A stretch of DNA of 62,209 bases, filler included, from Kipferlia bialata (lineage: Eukaryota), in NCBI GenBank assembly GCA_003568945.1. It is 4 parts of 4 records of this genome, joined end to end, with 100 filler letters (N's around TTAATTAATTAA, not from the genome) between each part and the next. Parts side by side here need not be neighbours in the genome. Positions count along the whole stretch, not along the records: positions 48,727 to 62,209 come from BDIP01000516.1; 3 more parts are not named here. One strand, given 5' to 3'. The notes beneath the pieces are model-generated. The model was not told the origin of the DNA, searched no databases, and saw only the letters and a list, made by a program, of their open reading frames with translations. Made by a program: the position numbers and the translations under genes. This document shows, piece by piece, positions 50,965 through 62,209 of this stretch (the stretch's first letter is position 1; the number at the start of each line of letters is the position of its first letter).

Positions 50965-53900
50965 ATGCCAAGAGCTTTTCTAATCAGTGTCGGGTCTCAG
51001 GGAGACTGCACCTCTAGAGCCAGGCTCATACACGTGGAGTCTGGACCTAGGACGAGGTGCCATGGGATGGTGGTCCCCCCTGTGTTCAGTCCCCGGACAC
51101 AGGTAGCTCTGTCAGTGTATATGTATATCACTGAGCTGTCTCTCTCTTGCTTGTGCATTTGCTAGTCCCTCACCCTCACTGTCAGGCCAGTCTAAATGGC
51201 GTGTCTGCCATCCTAGCAGGGGCACATGCCAAACAGAGGGAGAAGGAGAGGGAGAGAGAGAGGCTGAAGGAGCAGGTATTGTATATATATAGAGTGTCTT
51301 GCAATAATGACTCTCTGCCTCTCTCTCCTTTGTGTTGTGGCAGTGCACCGTATCTATAACTCCCCAAGGACCAGACAGACGTCATCATATGTATCAATAC
51401 CACTAATTCTCTCCTGTGAATGTGTCAATCTGATCATGGCTCTCATCTCTGTCTGTTTACTCTCTCTCCACTCTCTTTATGTCCCATCTCACTCCCTTTG
51501 ATGCCATATATACTGTGTTTACGAAATGCACTCGGGTCCAATACACTCAGGCTCTGTATTTCACATTAGTTTGTCGTACTCTCATTGTCTATCTAGTCAT
51601 ATGTCATACTATCTGTATAGATCTCTGAACAGACTTGGAGTTTGCTGGACTTGTCTTACATAGTGTATGTGTGTTGTGTATATCTCTCGATATACATCTG
51701 ATGCCAGGCCAGACGGAGTGATGAGGTGGAGAGTAGTATTCTTTGATGCTCATACATATTGTGACCATAATGCATATACATGATGTATGTCTGTTACTGA
51801 CTGTGCAGGCCAGACTGAGAGTGATGAGACGGAGGACAAGGGAGAGGGAGGCGGAGAGAGAGAGAGAGAGACGGACCCCAGCTGTGGAGGATGTGGCCAT
51901 GGTTGCATTTGAGAGGTCAATCAAGGTACCATGCAGTGTGTATATATATATATATGTATATATATATGAATATATATACATATTAATACATATATAAACA
52001 TATATGTGGCCATGGATGCATTTGAGAGGTCAATCAAGGTACCATGCAGTATATATTTATTTAGTGTATAAATGCTATATCTACACACAATATTATACCC
52101 ATCATGTCGGAGTCTTTATCATCCAATTGGTGTATCTATGTATAAGTCTCTCACAATAGGCAGCAATGGAGGCTGTCAGACTGAGTATGGCCAGAGGAGG
52201 GGAGGGAGAGGCTGAGGGACCAGATACTCAGCTAGAGATGGAGGGAGAGGTGAGAGAAAGAGAGAGAGATAGAAAGAGGGAGAGAGCCAAGGAGGTGGAT
52301 GCTATCCTGTCCTGGGGCGCCAAGGACTCTCTCTCTCTCCCCATCCCTCAACAGAGATCAGTACATATGGATGAGAGGGAGAGGAGAGAGAAGCCATCGA
52401 GGAACACTAGACCGAGGTATATAGTGGATATGTCTCTGTAAACGTGGTCGAAGCATCACTGTGGGTATTCTGTAAATATTGATATTTGGTCATTATTGAT
52501 AGATTACTGTCAGGTATTTGTGGCCCTTTAATCTGAGGCTGGACTACATTCCTCTCTTACATTAGGATATTGACCCCGGGGGAGAGACAGATGGAGAGAG
52601 AGATACAGGACAAGAGAGACACTATAGCAGAGAAGTGCTACAGGTATTGTTTCAGTCACACTCTGGGTATTGTAGTATAGTGGTAAATTATGCATATCTC
52701 TCTGTATACCCTTAGCAGAGAAGTGCCACAGGTAATATTCGCAATCTGTATATATCCCCCCAGTCTCTCTACCCATGTTTCCCCTTTCTGATTCTCTCTC
52801 CCTCTCTCCCCCTAGACCCTTTACGCCAGGATAGTTGAAGAGATGAGTGGCACAGATGTCTCTATCTCTCTCTCTCTCTCCCTAGACCCTTTACCCCAGG
52901 ATAGTTGAGGAGATGATTGAGACAGAGGCCAACTACAACAGGACACTGGGCAGATTGATCAGTCACATGTCAAGTAGTGAGGGGGAGGGGGAGGGGAGAG
53001 AGCAGGGTGCTACTACTGAGGGAAGGGAGAGAGAGAGTGCTAACCTCCTGGATGTTGTCACACCACTCAAGGTATATGTACCTCTCTCTCTCTCTCGCGC
53101 GCGCGCTCTCTCCCTCTCTCTCTCTAGACCCTTACTGTCAGATTCAGTCAGACCTATTCCTTGAGTCCATGCCTGCCTGTGTCAGAGACCTCTCCACCCC
53201 TGACCTGGGCACATGCATAGGGGGGGTGTTGATAGGTATGGTGTTGTATATAGCATTTCTGTTTATGTATAATGATATATGGGGTCCATCTATCTCTTTA
53301 TCAATACGTGCAATGATACATTCGTATAATGTTATACTGTCCACCCCTGACCTGGGCACATGCATAGGGGGGGTCTTGATAGGTGTGGTGGTCTTTTAGT
53401 GCTCTTTGTCCTATCTAGTTGTTACCAATTTCACCACTCTCGCTCATCTCCTCCTCACTCTGGTTAGCCTTAATATATAAATATCAGGTTTCTCTCCATA
53501 TGTATTCTCGTTGTGTATTCTTCTATTCGTGTCTCACTCTCCAGGCCAGCGTGGTCCCCTTGTCAGTGCATACACTGCATACACTGTGTCATACTCAGAC
53601 ATCAAGGCATACTTAGAGAGGAGGTATGATGATAGTTCTATATCAATATATATATATATATATATACTATTGCTCTGTCATATGCAGACATCAAGGCTTA
53701 CCTGCAGAGGAGGTGGGTAGATCAATTTGTGTATGTAAATATCTCAACCCTGCTCAACTCATCACAGATCCCACACCTCACACTTATCCACAGTATAGCT
53801 AAGCCTGCCTCTCTGTATCTCCACTCCATCCTTTCTCATCCTCAGGGTCACTCAGCGTGTGGACTCCATCCTGATAGCACCCATACAGGTATATTGTATA

Positions 53901-54187
53901 TACATTACATTATTATAAGGAATACAGTATAGTATGTCAGGATATGACCAGTCAGGTGAGAACTCACTGTGCTTCACACCATACCAGTAGTTTCCAGTAT
54001 ATGTAGTATTTATTAGTGTACATGAGTGACTGGTATCACTATTCAGTGAGAGGCCTACAATAGCAGCATTTGAGCGATAATGGGGTAAGTTCAGGAGTAT
54101 TATATATTCAGTTTCTTTGTGAGAGCATGGGTATATCATATGTTTGTACTCACCCAAGTGCAGTCACACGCAGAGCTAGGTAACATA

Positions 54188-54223
<36 letters not shown>

Positions 54224-57174
54224 CTATACATATGTTTCTATGGGTATATGTTTGTACTCACCCTTAGCGACTGCCAAGGGTGAGACTACTACTGAGAGAA
54301 CTGGCCAGAGAGAGGGACAAGGATATTACCCTGGCAGAGAGTATCAGTAAGGGTGCAGTACCACGAGAGGGAGGGAGAGAGAGAGATAAGGACATTGCAC
54401 TGGCAGAGAGTACCACTAGTATCGATAAGGGTGCAGTGTCTGTCGGCAGTCAAGAGAGAGAGTTAGAGAGAGAGAGAGACCTTCTGTCCCGTGCCATGCA
54501 GTGTGTGGATGGGGTGGTGCATGCCATGGACAAGACACAGCGGATACAGGTACATGCATATATATATGTATTTAAGTATAGTATACTATTAGGTGTGTAT
54601 ATATATCTGAGGATACAGGTGTATAGTATATGTATATTATACACTAAGATGTGTTTCTCTTTCCCATTAGGTGTATATACATTGATACCATATACGTTGT
54701 ATTTCAGTTCCCGCCTGTCCGAACCTGACCCAAAGTATTGTATTTACTGTTGTTTTTTACTAACTTCTAGGACAACTCTCTCCGCCTGTCCCACCTTGTC
54801 TCTGTCCTATCTGGCGAGGGGGATGGACACTCTCTCTCCCCCTCTGCACCCTTAATCACCAACATGAGGAGACAGCTGTATTTGACAGAGATTGCGTCTT
54901 GCGAGGTATGTATATTATGTCCATTCACCCTGGAATACACTATACACTCATTTTCCCGCCATTCTCAGCCCCAGGTGTCCCATGTCGAGATGCATACGTC
55001 AACACATATATGTGTATATCCATTATATTAATCTACAGATACATACTTTCCCAGATACATCAGCCTCTATTTATATGTGCCTATACTTACCTATAGCTAT
55101 ATTCTCACTCCCCAGGTGTCCCATGTCGAGATGTACCTGTCTAGCGGCATGTCCTATGTCACAGAGGCAGAGGAGGAGAGAGAGAATAGGGGTGCAGAGG
55201 GGGAGAGAGAGCCTCTGGAAAGTGAGAATGAGTCCCAGCTCTATTTGGTCAAGGTGTGTGTCTCTCTCTTGTAAATATTCTCTCTCTCTCTCTCTCTACC
55301 CTCCCGCCTCTCACTCCAGAACAAACACGACAGGGTTGTTCCACCAGTGTACAAGACAAGGTATAGGGATATGTGTGTATATATTATGGGATGGGACTGA
55401 TGGTATATGTGTATGTATATATATATATATGTATGACAGGGTTGTTCCACCAGTGTACAAGGCCAGGTACAGGGATATATGTATATATATATTAAGATGG
55501 GATGGGACTGATGGTATATGTATGTATATATATATGTATATGTATGACAGGGTTGTTCCAGTGTACAAAGCAAGGTACAGGGATATATATACATTGAGAC
55601 ATAGTGATGTGTGCATGATTCTTCACCTATATTATAATTGTATGAGAGTGTATGTATGAGTGTACATATATGATGATGAGCCGTATGCTTCTGTTCTATG
55701 AATGACACATATGTAAATACACACACATATATATCTATACATACAAATATGTATATATCGTTACCTTGTGCCCTGACGCCTTGTGCTCTGATATGTCAGT
55801 GTGTATACTATACTCTATGACTATAATGCTCTTTCCTCACTCTTTAGGCGCCTTGTCCTGCTGTCCTTACAGTAATATATAGTTTTATACACGCGTATAT
55901 TTATCGTATCTTTATCCTCACTCTTTAGGCGCCTTGTCCTGCTGTCCGAGTCTGTGCTAGTAGTCAAGGATGACACAGAGGGGATGAGACTCAAGGTATA
56001 GACTATATCTATCTATCTATATATATTTACATATGATTGTATCCTTCCCTGTTCATCCCAGGCCGTGTATCCACTCAAGGGCATGACGCTGGTCACATCT
56101 AACACACTCCAGAGAGAGAGAGAAGGAGAGGGAGAGAGAGAGGGAGAGACAGAAGAGGGGGCTGACGATGGCTGTCGCGTGCAGTTCCTCTTGCCCCTTA
56201 CCCCATCCTCTAATCCAATGACACCAATGTCTAATCCAATGACACCTGACGGACGTGATGCTATCAGTGGAGTGAAGGGGGAGAGAGTGGGGAGTGGCTT
56301 GAAGAGAGAGTCTTCTGTAAAGGGGCTGAGGGAGAGGTGGAGAGACTCTAGGGGGAGAGAGAGAGGGTCTATGGCCTGGAGTGCAGGGGACAGAGAGGGG
56401 GAGATGCTAGTGACAATGAAGTTTAGCACAAAGGTATGCTGATGGACCTCGCTCTCTCTCTCTCTCTCTCTCCGTCTACCCCCTCATTCTCAGGATGTTT
56501 GTGCTGATTGGACCAACCAGGTCAGACAGGCCAAGATCACTGCGAATAGAAGGTACTTACAGTATCACACTGTATATATATATACCCATATATACTTGTG
56601 TGTATAGGTGGGTATGTTCAATATGTGTAATATGAGTACTGAGTTTGCCTCCTCTAGTTCAAGCCCCACTCCCCCTCTCTCTCCCCTATTTCTCTGGCCT
56701 CTGTCTGACTATATAGATAATACAGTATCTCGATATCTACCATACCTTCATGTCCCCTTGGTCCCAGCATGGACATACTATTAGTATTCATACAGAGTAT
56801 ATATATATGCCTTACCCCTACTATTTATACTATGGGTGTGTCATACCTTCATGTCCCCTTGGTCCCAGCATGGACATACTATTCGTATAGTATATATATA
56901 TACATATCCCCTACTCTATGTTCAATACATGTGTGTACAATATGTATTTACCTTACCCCAGGTCCCAGCGTCAGTCCAGGGACAGCATGCAATATATATA
57001 CTGTATTTACTATGGATTACATACATCCAGTGTCTATGCCATATGCACTGGTTTGTACCTAACTATCCAATTCCTAACCCCAGGTCCCAGCGTCAGTCCA
57101 GGGGCAGCATGCGCCTTAGACCGCTGGTGCTCCCAGACTCACCCATAGGGGGCACAAGTCAATACCTCCTGTGA
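50965..57174 (+). CDS. Dbl-family RhoGEF (DH-PH), multi-exon
   Basis: DH CR1 IVEEMIETEANYNRTL, AYTAY, CR3 SILIAPIQ|RLPRVRLLLREL, then PH-like RRLVLLSESVLVVK and DWTNQVRQA. Stop at 57174. Confidence 0.85.
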
Positions 57175-57658
57175 CAAGGACAGGTAGAGGGCGTGACAAG
57201 CAAAGAGAGTGAAGCCTAATCGTATCAGGGCTTCACAAGAGTGTGGCATGCAACTAGATGTTGTGTGACATACAAATAATGACTGTATGTGGAACCACTG
57301 CTAATTGTTTGAGTCAAGAGGTGTAGTGTAGTATATGTGTATAATAGAGTGTCTCGTGTGTGCACTTGTGTGTTGGTACTGGATTGTCCAGACTGATGTG
57401 AGTTTATATGTTTGGCTAAATGGAGGACCATCACTGATACAATCACTAGTGAATAACACATAACACGAAAGCTCAATCTATTGCCAGCAGGCAATCTGAT
57501 CCTGGACACAGAAAGACAAGAAACACGTTACTGAACACAAATACAACGACAAAGATCATGTTTCATACGGCCACATAGAAAACGGAACATCGGCTCAAAA
57601 GCCATGGAATAGTCTCTCTCTCTCCCTCTCTCTCTCTCTCTCTTTCTCTCTCAATCGG

Positions 57659-58787
57659 TCAATCCAGACTGGAATCCAGCATCAGTTCGTCAAATGCCTC
57701 CCAGACCTCGTCTTGGAAGGTGCGGTAGACCTGGAGGTGAGGAGGTTGGAAGTGATACAGTCATAGAGAGACAGAGTCATACCAGACACAGGAGGTCGCA
57801 GTTACCCATATATCCTAGTAATATATATGTATATATATATGACATCCCATAACAGAGCTTCGGGGAGTAGAGATAATGAGCGTGGGTGTTGTACACAGAT
57901 AGCTAAAATGTGTTATACAAGGTAAGGATAGAGACGTACATATTCTGGTGTAGAGCCTTTCTAAGAGAGGTATGATATCCATACCTTTGTCCAGTACCAT
58001 CCCCTGCCCTCATAGTCGTCGGGGCAAGTGCCGTACTTCTCTATGGCAGCATTGTATCTATGTATGAAATCCTATTGTGGGTAGGGTATGCAGATAGTGA
58101 ATACGATATGGAGGAAAGAAACCATGCGAGTAAGTCTCATGGCATTCACCACCACGTACCCTACCAACTAGTCACAGCTGCACAACTGAAAGAGTAGACA
58201 CAAGAGCTACACAATAGCTCATCTTCAATTGATGTTATAATGATACTCACTCCTACGTACCCCACCAACTAGGCCCAGCTGCACAACTCTGTCCTTCACT
58301 AGCTCCACCTCGTCAGAGCTAGAGTCAGGAAGGGAATAGTGATCGGAAGAGGGAAGCAGGGATAGACTGATTGGGTTATACACGGGCTGATGTAAATGCC
58401 TAACCTAATTCTCTCTAGCAATGCCTCCCCAGCTCGGAAGTGTTTGTATACCCACTTCCGCTGCTTCTCTGTCACATCCCAGGAACGGGCCAAGACCACA
58501 ATCCTACGATAAGCGGCAAGAGACTATAATTGCTTGGGGAGACTCAAGTGTGCTTAGATGATACAGATAACATACCCTTGGGCAACCATCATCAGGAAGT
58601 ATGTGAGTGCGTCAGCATCAGTAATTGGAAGTGTGTAGTGCACATCACACACTGGGTCATAGTCATCAGTCTCCTGGGTCAGCATGCCAAGGTGATACGC
58701 CGTTGTCACACAACTGGGATAGAGAACCACACAGTTGGGTAACCCTTTCTTTCCGGTTTTTGACACTGTAAAGAAAGGGTTTACCAT
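57659..58787 (-). CDS. Multi-exon hypothetical protein (~190 aa)
   Basis: Five exons from MVNPFFTVSK to FDELMLDSSLD-TGA. No family recognised. Confidence 0.6.
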
Positions 58788-59702
58788 ATCGTATACAGCT
58801 GGTTCTGAATGCCTTTAGTGATAGTAAGCCATAAACGGTTATGTAGGTGCCTTTGTGCCAAATCTAAGAGTGGAGAGAGTGAGGGAGAAAGAGAGAATAC
58901 AAATGATAGAGTGCAAGAGATAGCGAGACAGGTAGGTAGAGGAGCAGATACTGTCCACTATATATAGTTATATATATATAGTTATATATATATAGTTATA
59001 CATTTATAAATATATAGAGATAAGCTATTCGCTAAACTTGAAGTTAAAACTTTCCACAGTCGGTTGGCTCTAGCCTTTTGATTCGGGGTTGACATCATAA
59101 TAGACGAAAATCATCGACCGAGATATATATACATATATTATATATGATATATATATATATAGAAAAGAGAGAGAGACATCCAGAGAGGAACCTGCATGAG
59201 TATTCGAAGGAGAGCTGGGACCACTGATATACCATATATGCATAGAGTGATATTGTATATAAATATATACACACAGAGAGCGAGGGAGGATCAACGGTGG
59301 CACAACTGGTGTGTGACAGAGTGAATAGCAGTCACTAGGGCTAGAATGACCCACACAATGGAGAGATGAGTAGAATATAGTATCATGCCATGATTCGGTG
59401 GCGTCATTACTGTGGAAAGACTGAATGGGAGGAAGTGAGAGGAAATGACATTGTCTCTGGCAGAGACAATGAACCAGGTCAATGATGCGAGAGTGGATAC
59501 ATGATACACCACGGGGACGGAGGGGGGGGGTGACTGTTCTGTTAAGACGTAGTATAGTTCGCAATATCTCAAACACAAAGGGTCACTGATGCGTGACACG
59601 ACCCACGGACTCAGCAAACAACAGACACTTAACCAATCTATTCGAACACGCAGCTCAGCTCTCAACCCCCCTTTCCCAACCTCTCCTGTTGAGAGACTCA
59701 CC

Positions 59703-59999
59703 TCACTCACTCGCTTCTCCACCAGCCTCATCCGCGACGATACTGTCGTATATCTTGGTCTTGATAATGTCCATAGACACCTTGATGTCTGCGCATTGCT
59801 GTTGTACACACCGCATATTGTCAGTGATCGAGGCAATGCTATCCGACATCGCCCTGACCTCGGTTGTCAAGGTCGGCATACTCGGCTCCATGGTGTCCAA
59901 GTCCCTCTTAATCTCCTCACTCAGGGAATACAGGGCCTGCAATTCCTTGAGGATGCTCTCCTGGACTGCGTGGTTGTTTGTGGGAACTGTCTCTGACAT
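59703..59999 (-). CDS. Small coiled-coil orphan protein, paralog A
   Basis: MSETVPTNNHAVQESILKEL..., heptad-like. Preceded by a 5'-UTR intron. Confidence 0.55.
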   Translation of the reverse strand: MSETVPTNNHAVQESILKELQALYSLSEEIKRDLDTMEPSMPTLTTEVRAMSDSIASITDNMRCVQQQCADIKVSMDIIKTKIYDSIVADEAGGEASE

Positions 60000-60899
60000 G
60001 TGGCTTGAATGAGTTATATGCATGTATATATATATATATAGATAGACAGAGAGAATTACGTACCTGAGGCTGGTTAACTGACAACGTTGGAGAATAGTAG
60101 TAGAGAGACACATACCCCATCCAACCCTTTCTACAAATTGAACAAAAACCGGATTGTCGGAGAAGGTGAAAAGGGTCTATCCGATAGACCGTCGGAGAGG
60201 GAGAGACATCCGCACCAAGGGTCGCAGCAGAGACCTGGAATCAAAAATATATGTATGTGTCAATTGATATATACATAGAGAGGGAGAGTGATCATCTCTG
60301 CTCCAGAGACTCGGCACCAGGGTATAAGACACTGAGGGTGGTGAGATAGAGGGAGACACTGCAACCTGTGAAGAGAGTCTGAACCCATAAATAGCAACAG
60401 GATGAGTGTATGGGAGCTCTCCTTGGCTAAAGAAACGACGCTTATCTGAGATGAGAGACTAAAAGGGTGAAAAGGAAGAGGGAGAGAGAGTGAGAGAGGC
60501 AGGGATGACAGTGTCATCCTTGGGAGGCTGGGCGGGACACAAAGAGAGGGGGGAATTCTAGTTACACGAGTGTTACGCCACTATTACCGGTGGCGTCATA
60601 GACCAGGTTCGGAGGGAAAGAGAGGGAGAGGGAGGGAGAGAAAATATGGACTCCCTCAATGATGAAGCAGAATTATCAGAGGCACATCGGGGTGCATCAC
60701 TATGTATTAGACCAAGCAATAAGAACCTCTCTCATAACACGACCCACTGACTCATTACACAACACGCACTTAAGCAATCTATTCGAAGACATGACTCAGC
60801 CCTCAACCCCCCCCCCTTACCAACCTCTCCTGAGCAGAGTATCCTCCACCACACTCACTCTCTTATCCATACCCCTCACCCTCGATGCCAGTATCGAGC

Positions 60900-61175
60900 T
60901 CAGGCTTTCTTAGCCAGGAGCTCTTGGATCGTGTCCATCCTGGACTCCAGAGCGGCTATGATCTCTGCAGGGGTGCTAGTCTTCCCAACAAGCCCCAGGA
61001 CAGTGTCGTTGGATGGTATCCGTGCTGAGGTGCCTGCCTCCAGTGTGTCCGCCCTTATACTCAATGACTCTTTCTTGGCTGAAATGAGGGCCGTCAAGGC
61101 ATGTAGGTGAAGGTCGATGTCCCTCAAGATTCTCTCCATGACAGCCCGGTTGTCTGTAGATACTGTCTCTGCCAT
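60900..61175 (-). CDS. Small coiled-coil orphan protein, paralog B
   Basis: MAETVSTDNRAVMERILRDI... has an N-terminus similar to paralog A, and the flanking DNA is homologous. Confidence 0.55.
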   Translation of the reverse strand: MAETVSTDNRAVMERILRDIDLHLHALTALISAKKESLSIRADTLEAGTSARIPSNDTVLGLVGKTSTPAEIIAALESRMDTIQELLAKKA

Positions 61176-61530
61176 GTGTCTTGAATGAGATGTATGGTTT
61201 ACATTGTAAACATTCATATATATGCATACATATATGGAGGTCTGCCCGCTCCTCGCTTGCTGCCTCTGCCGTGTGCCTTGAAATTCAAGGCTTGAATGTA
61301 TATATAGATAGATGTGCTCATACATATAGATGGGAAGATGTCTACCTGAGGTGGATAGCTGTTAACGTGGAGAGGTTCAACACAGAGACACCACTCAACC
61401 CTTTCTACAAGTAGAACAAAAACCGGATTTCTGTCGGAGAAGGTGAAAAGGGTCTATCGAGGGAGAGATAGAGGTTGTCCTCAAAAATGGTTGTGCCGCC
61501 TTCCACTCTAAGGCTTAACAATCGTGGTTA

Positions 61531-62007
61531 ATGAAAGACGGTGGATATTTCAGGGTGAACGGAGGTAACCAGCGCCGCCGCCTAGACCTGAATGAGTTCT
61601 TTGACAACCCAACGTACGGGGAGAGGCACTGCAAGTACTGCCGGTACATCTGTGAATTTGAGGGTATGTTTTGTGTATTCTCTCTCTTCCCCCCTCTCTC
61701 TTTCACTGCCTGTCGCGATATATCCTCACTTTAGAGTTCACAAGGCAGAAGGTGCACATCCTGGAACGCCACAGTCACAAGTGCACCCGTGAACAGGTGG
61801 ATAGCCTCTGTCTCTGCCTCTTGTCGCAGCAAGCCTGTATACGATACTCTTCTGTTATGATACTCCACTACTATCTAGTTACTGTATTATTTAATTACTC
61901 GCCCAAACTGATCATAGATAAGATACTTGCGTGCCGAGTGTAAGGAGTTCTTCGAGGGGAGGGAGAAGTGGCAGCGGAAGAGAGATGCCGAAGAGGAGCG
62001 AGAGATG
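61531..62007 (+). CDS. Zinc-finger (BED/C2H2-like) protein, first three exons, 3'-truncated
   Basis: Spliced HCKYCRYICEFEEFTRQKVHILERHSHKC (exons 61531-61663, 61735-61796, 61918-62007). Confidence 0.55.
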
Positions 62008-62156
62008 GTAATGTGGGGTGAGGACTGAGTACTATGATAGTAACTGTATGCATGCGCAGTGTCCAATCCTGGACCAGCTGGAGAATAGGAGTTGCAAGTT
62101 GCAATTTGCAACAGTTCTCTATTCTATGTTTAGTTGTAAGGGGCAGAGAGGAGGAT

Positions 62157-62196
<40 letters not shown>

Positions 62197-62209
62197 ACCC
62201 CCCCCACCC

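Noticed and set aside
1..62209. rRNA, tRNA or intact transposon; alternative genetic code
   Set aside because: None recognised by eye. TAA, TAG and TGA all terminate reconstructed genes, so the standard code fits.

Overview
Eukaryotic, intron-dense protist DNA with (TA)n/(GA)n-rich introns and CCCCAG-type acceptors. The style resembles the free-living fornicate Kipferlia, but that identification is inference. The window joins four unrelated scaffolds through 100-bp N-TTAATTAATTAA-N linkers (17799, 35695, 48627). Genes reconstructed by hand from GT-AG exons: a CK1/TTBK-like kinase; two large FG-GAP + Ig-like single-pass surface proteins (one intron-riddled, one ending in a ~5.95-kb exon); a multipass membrane protein; Fab1/PIKfyve; a G-protein alpha subunit (5' half); Rpn2/PSMD1 (5' end); an outer-arm-type dynein heavy chain piece; a DH-PH RhoGEF; and several small orphans. 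Two observations stand out. (1) Introns and 3' flanks contain many truncated 'echo' copies of the adjacent exon ends, each keeping a splice site or stop codon, and they differ from the functional exon mostly at synonymous positions, as if relics of diverged alleles had been left beside each exon. (2) The dynein heavy chain begins with its own ATG inside the motor domain, just before AAA2, with no upstream dynein exons, suggesting a split gene reminiscent of Giardia.
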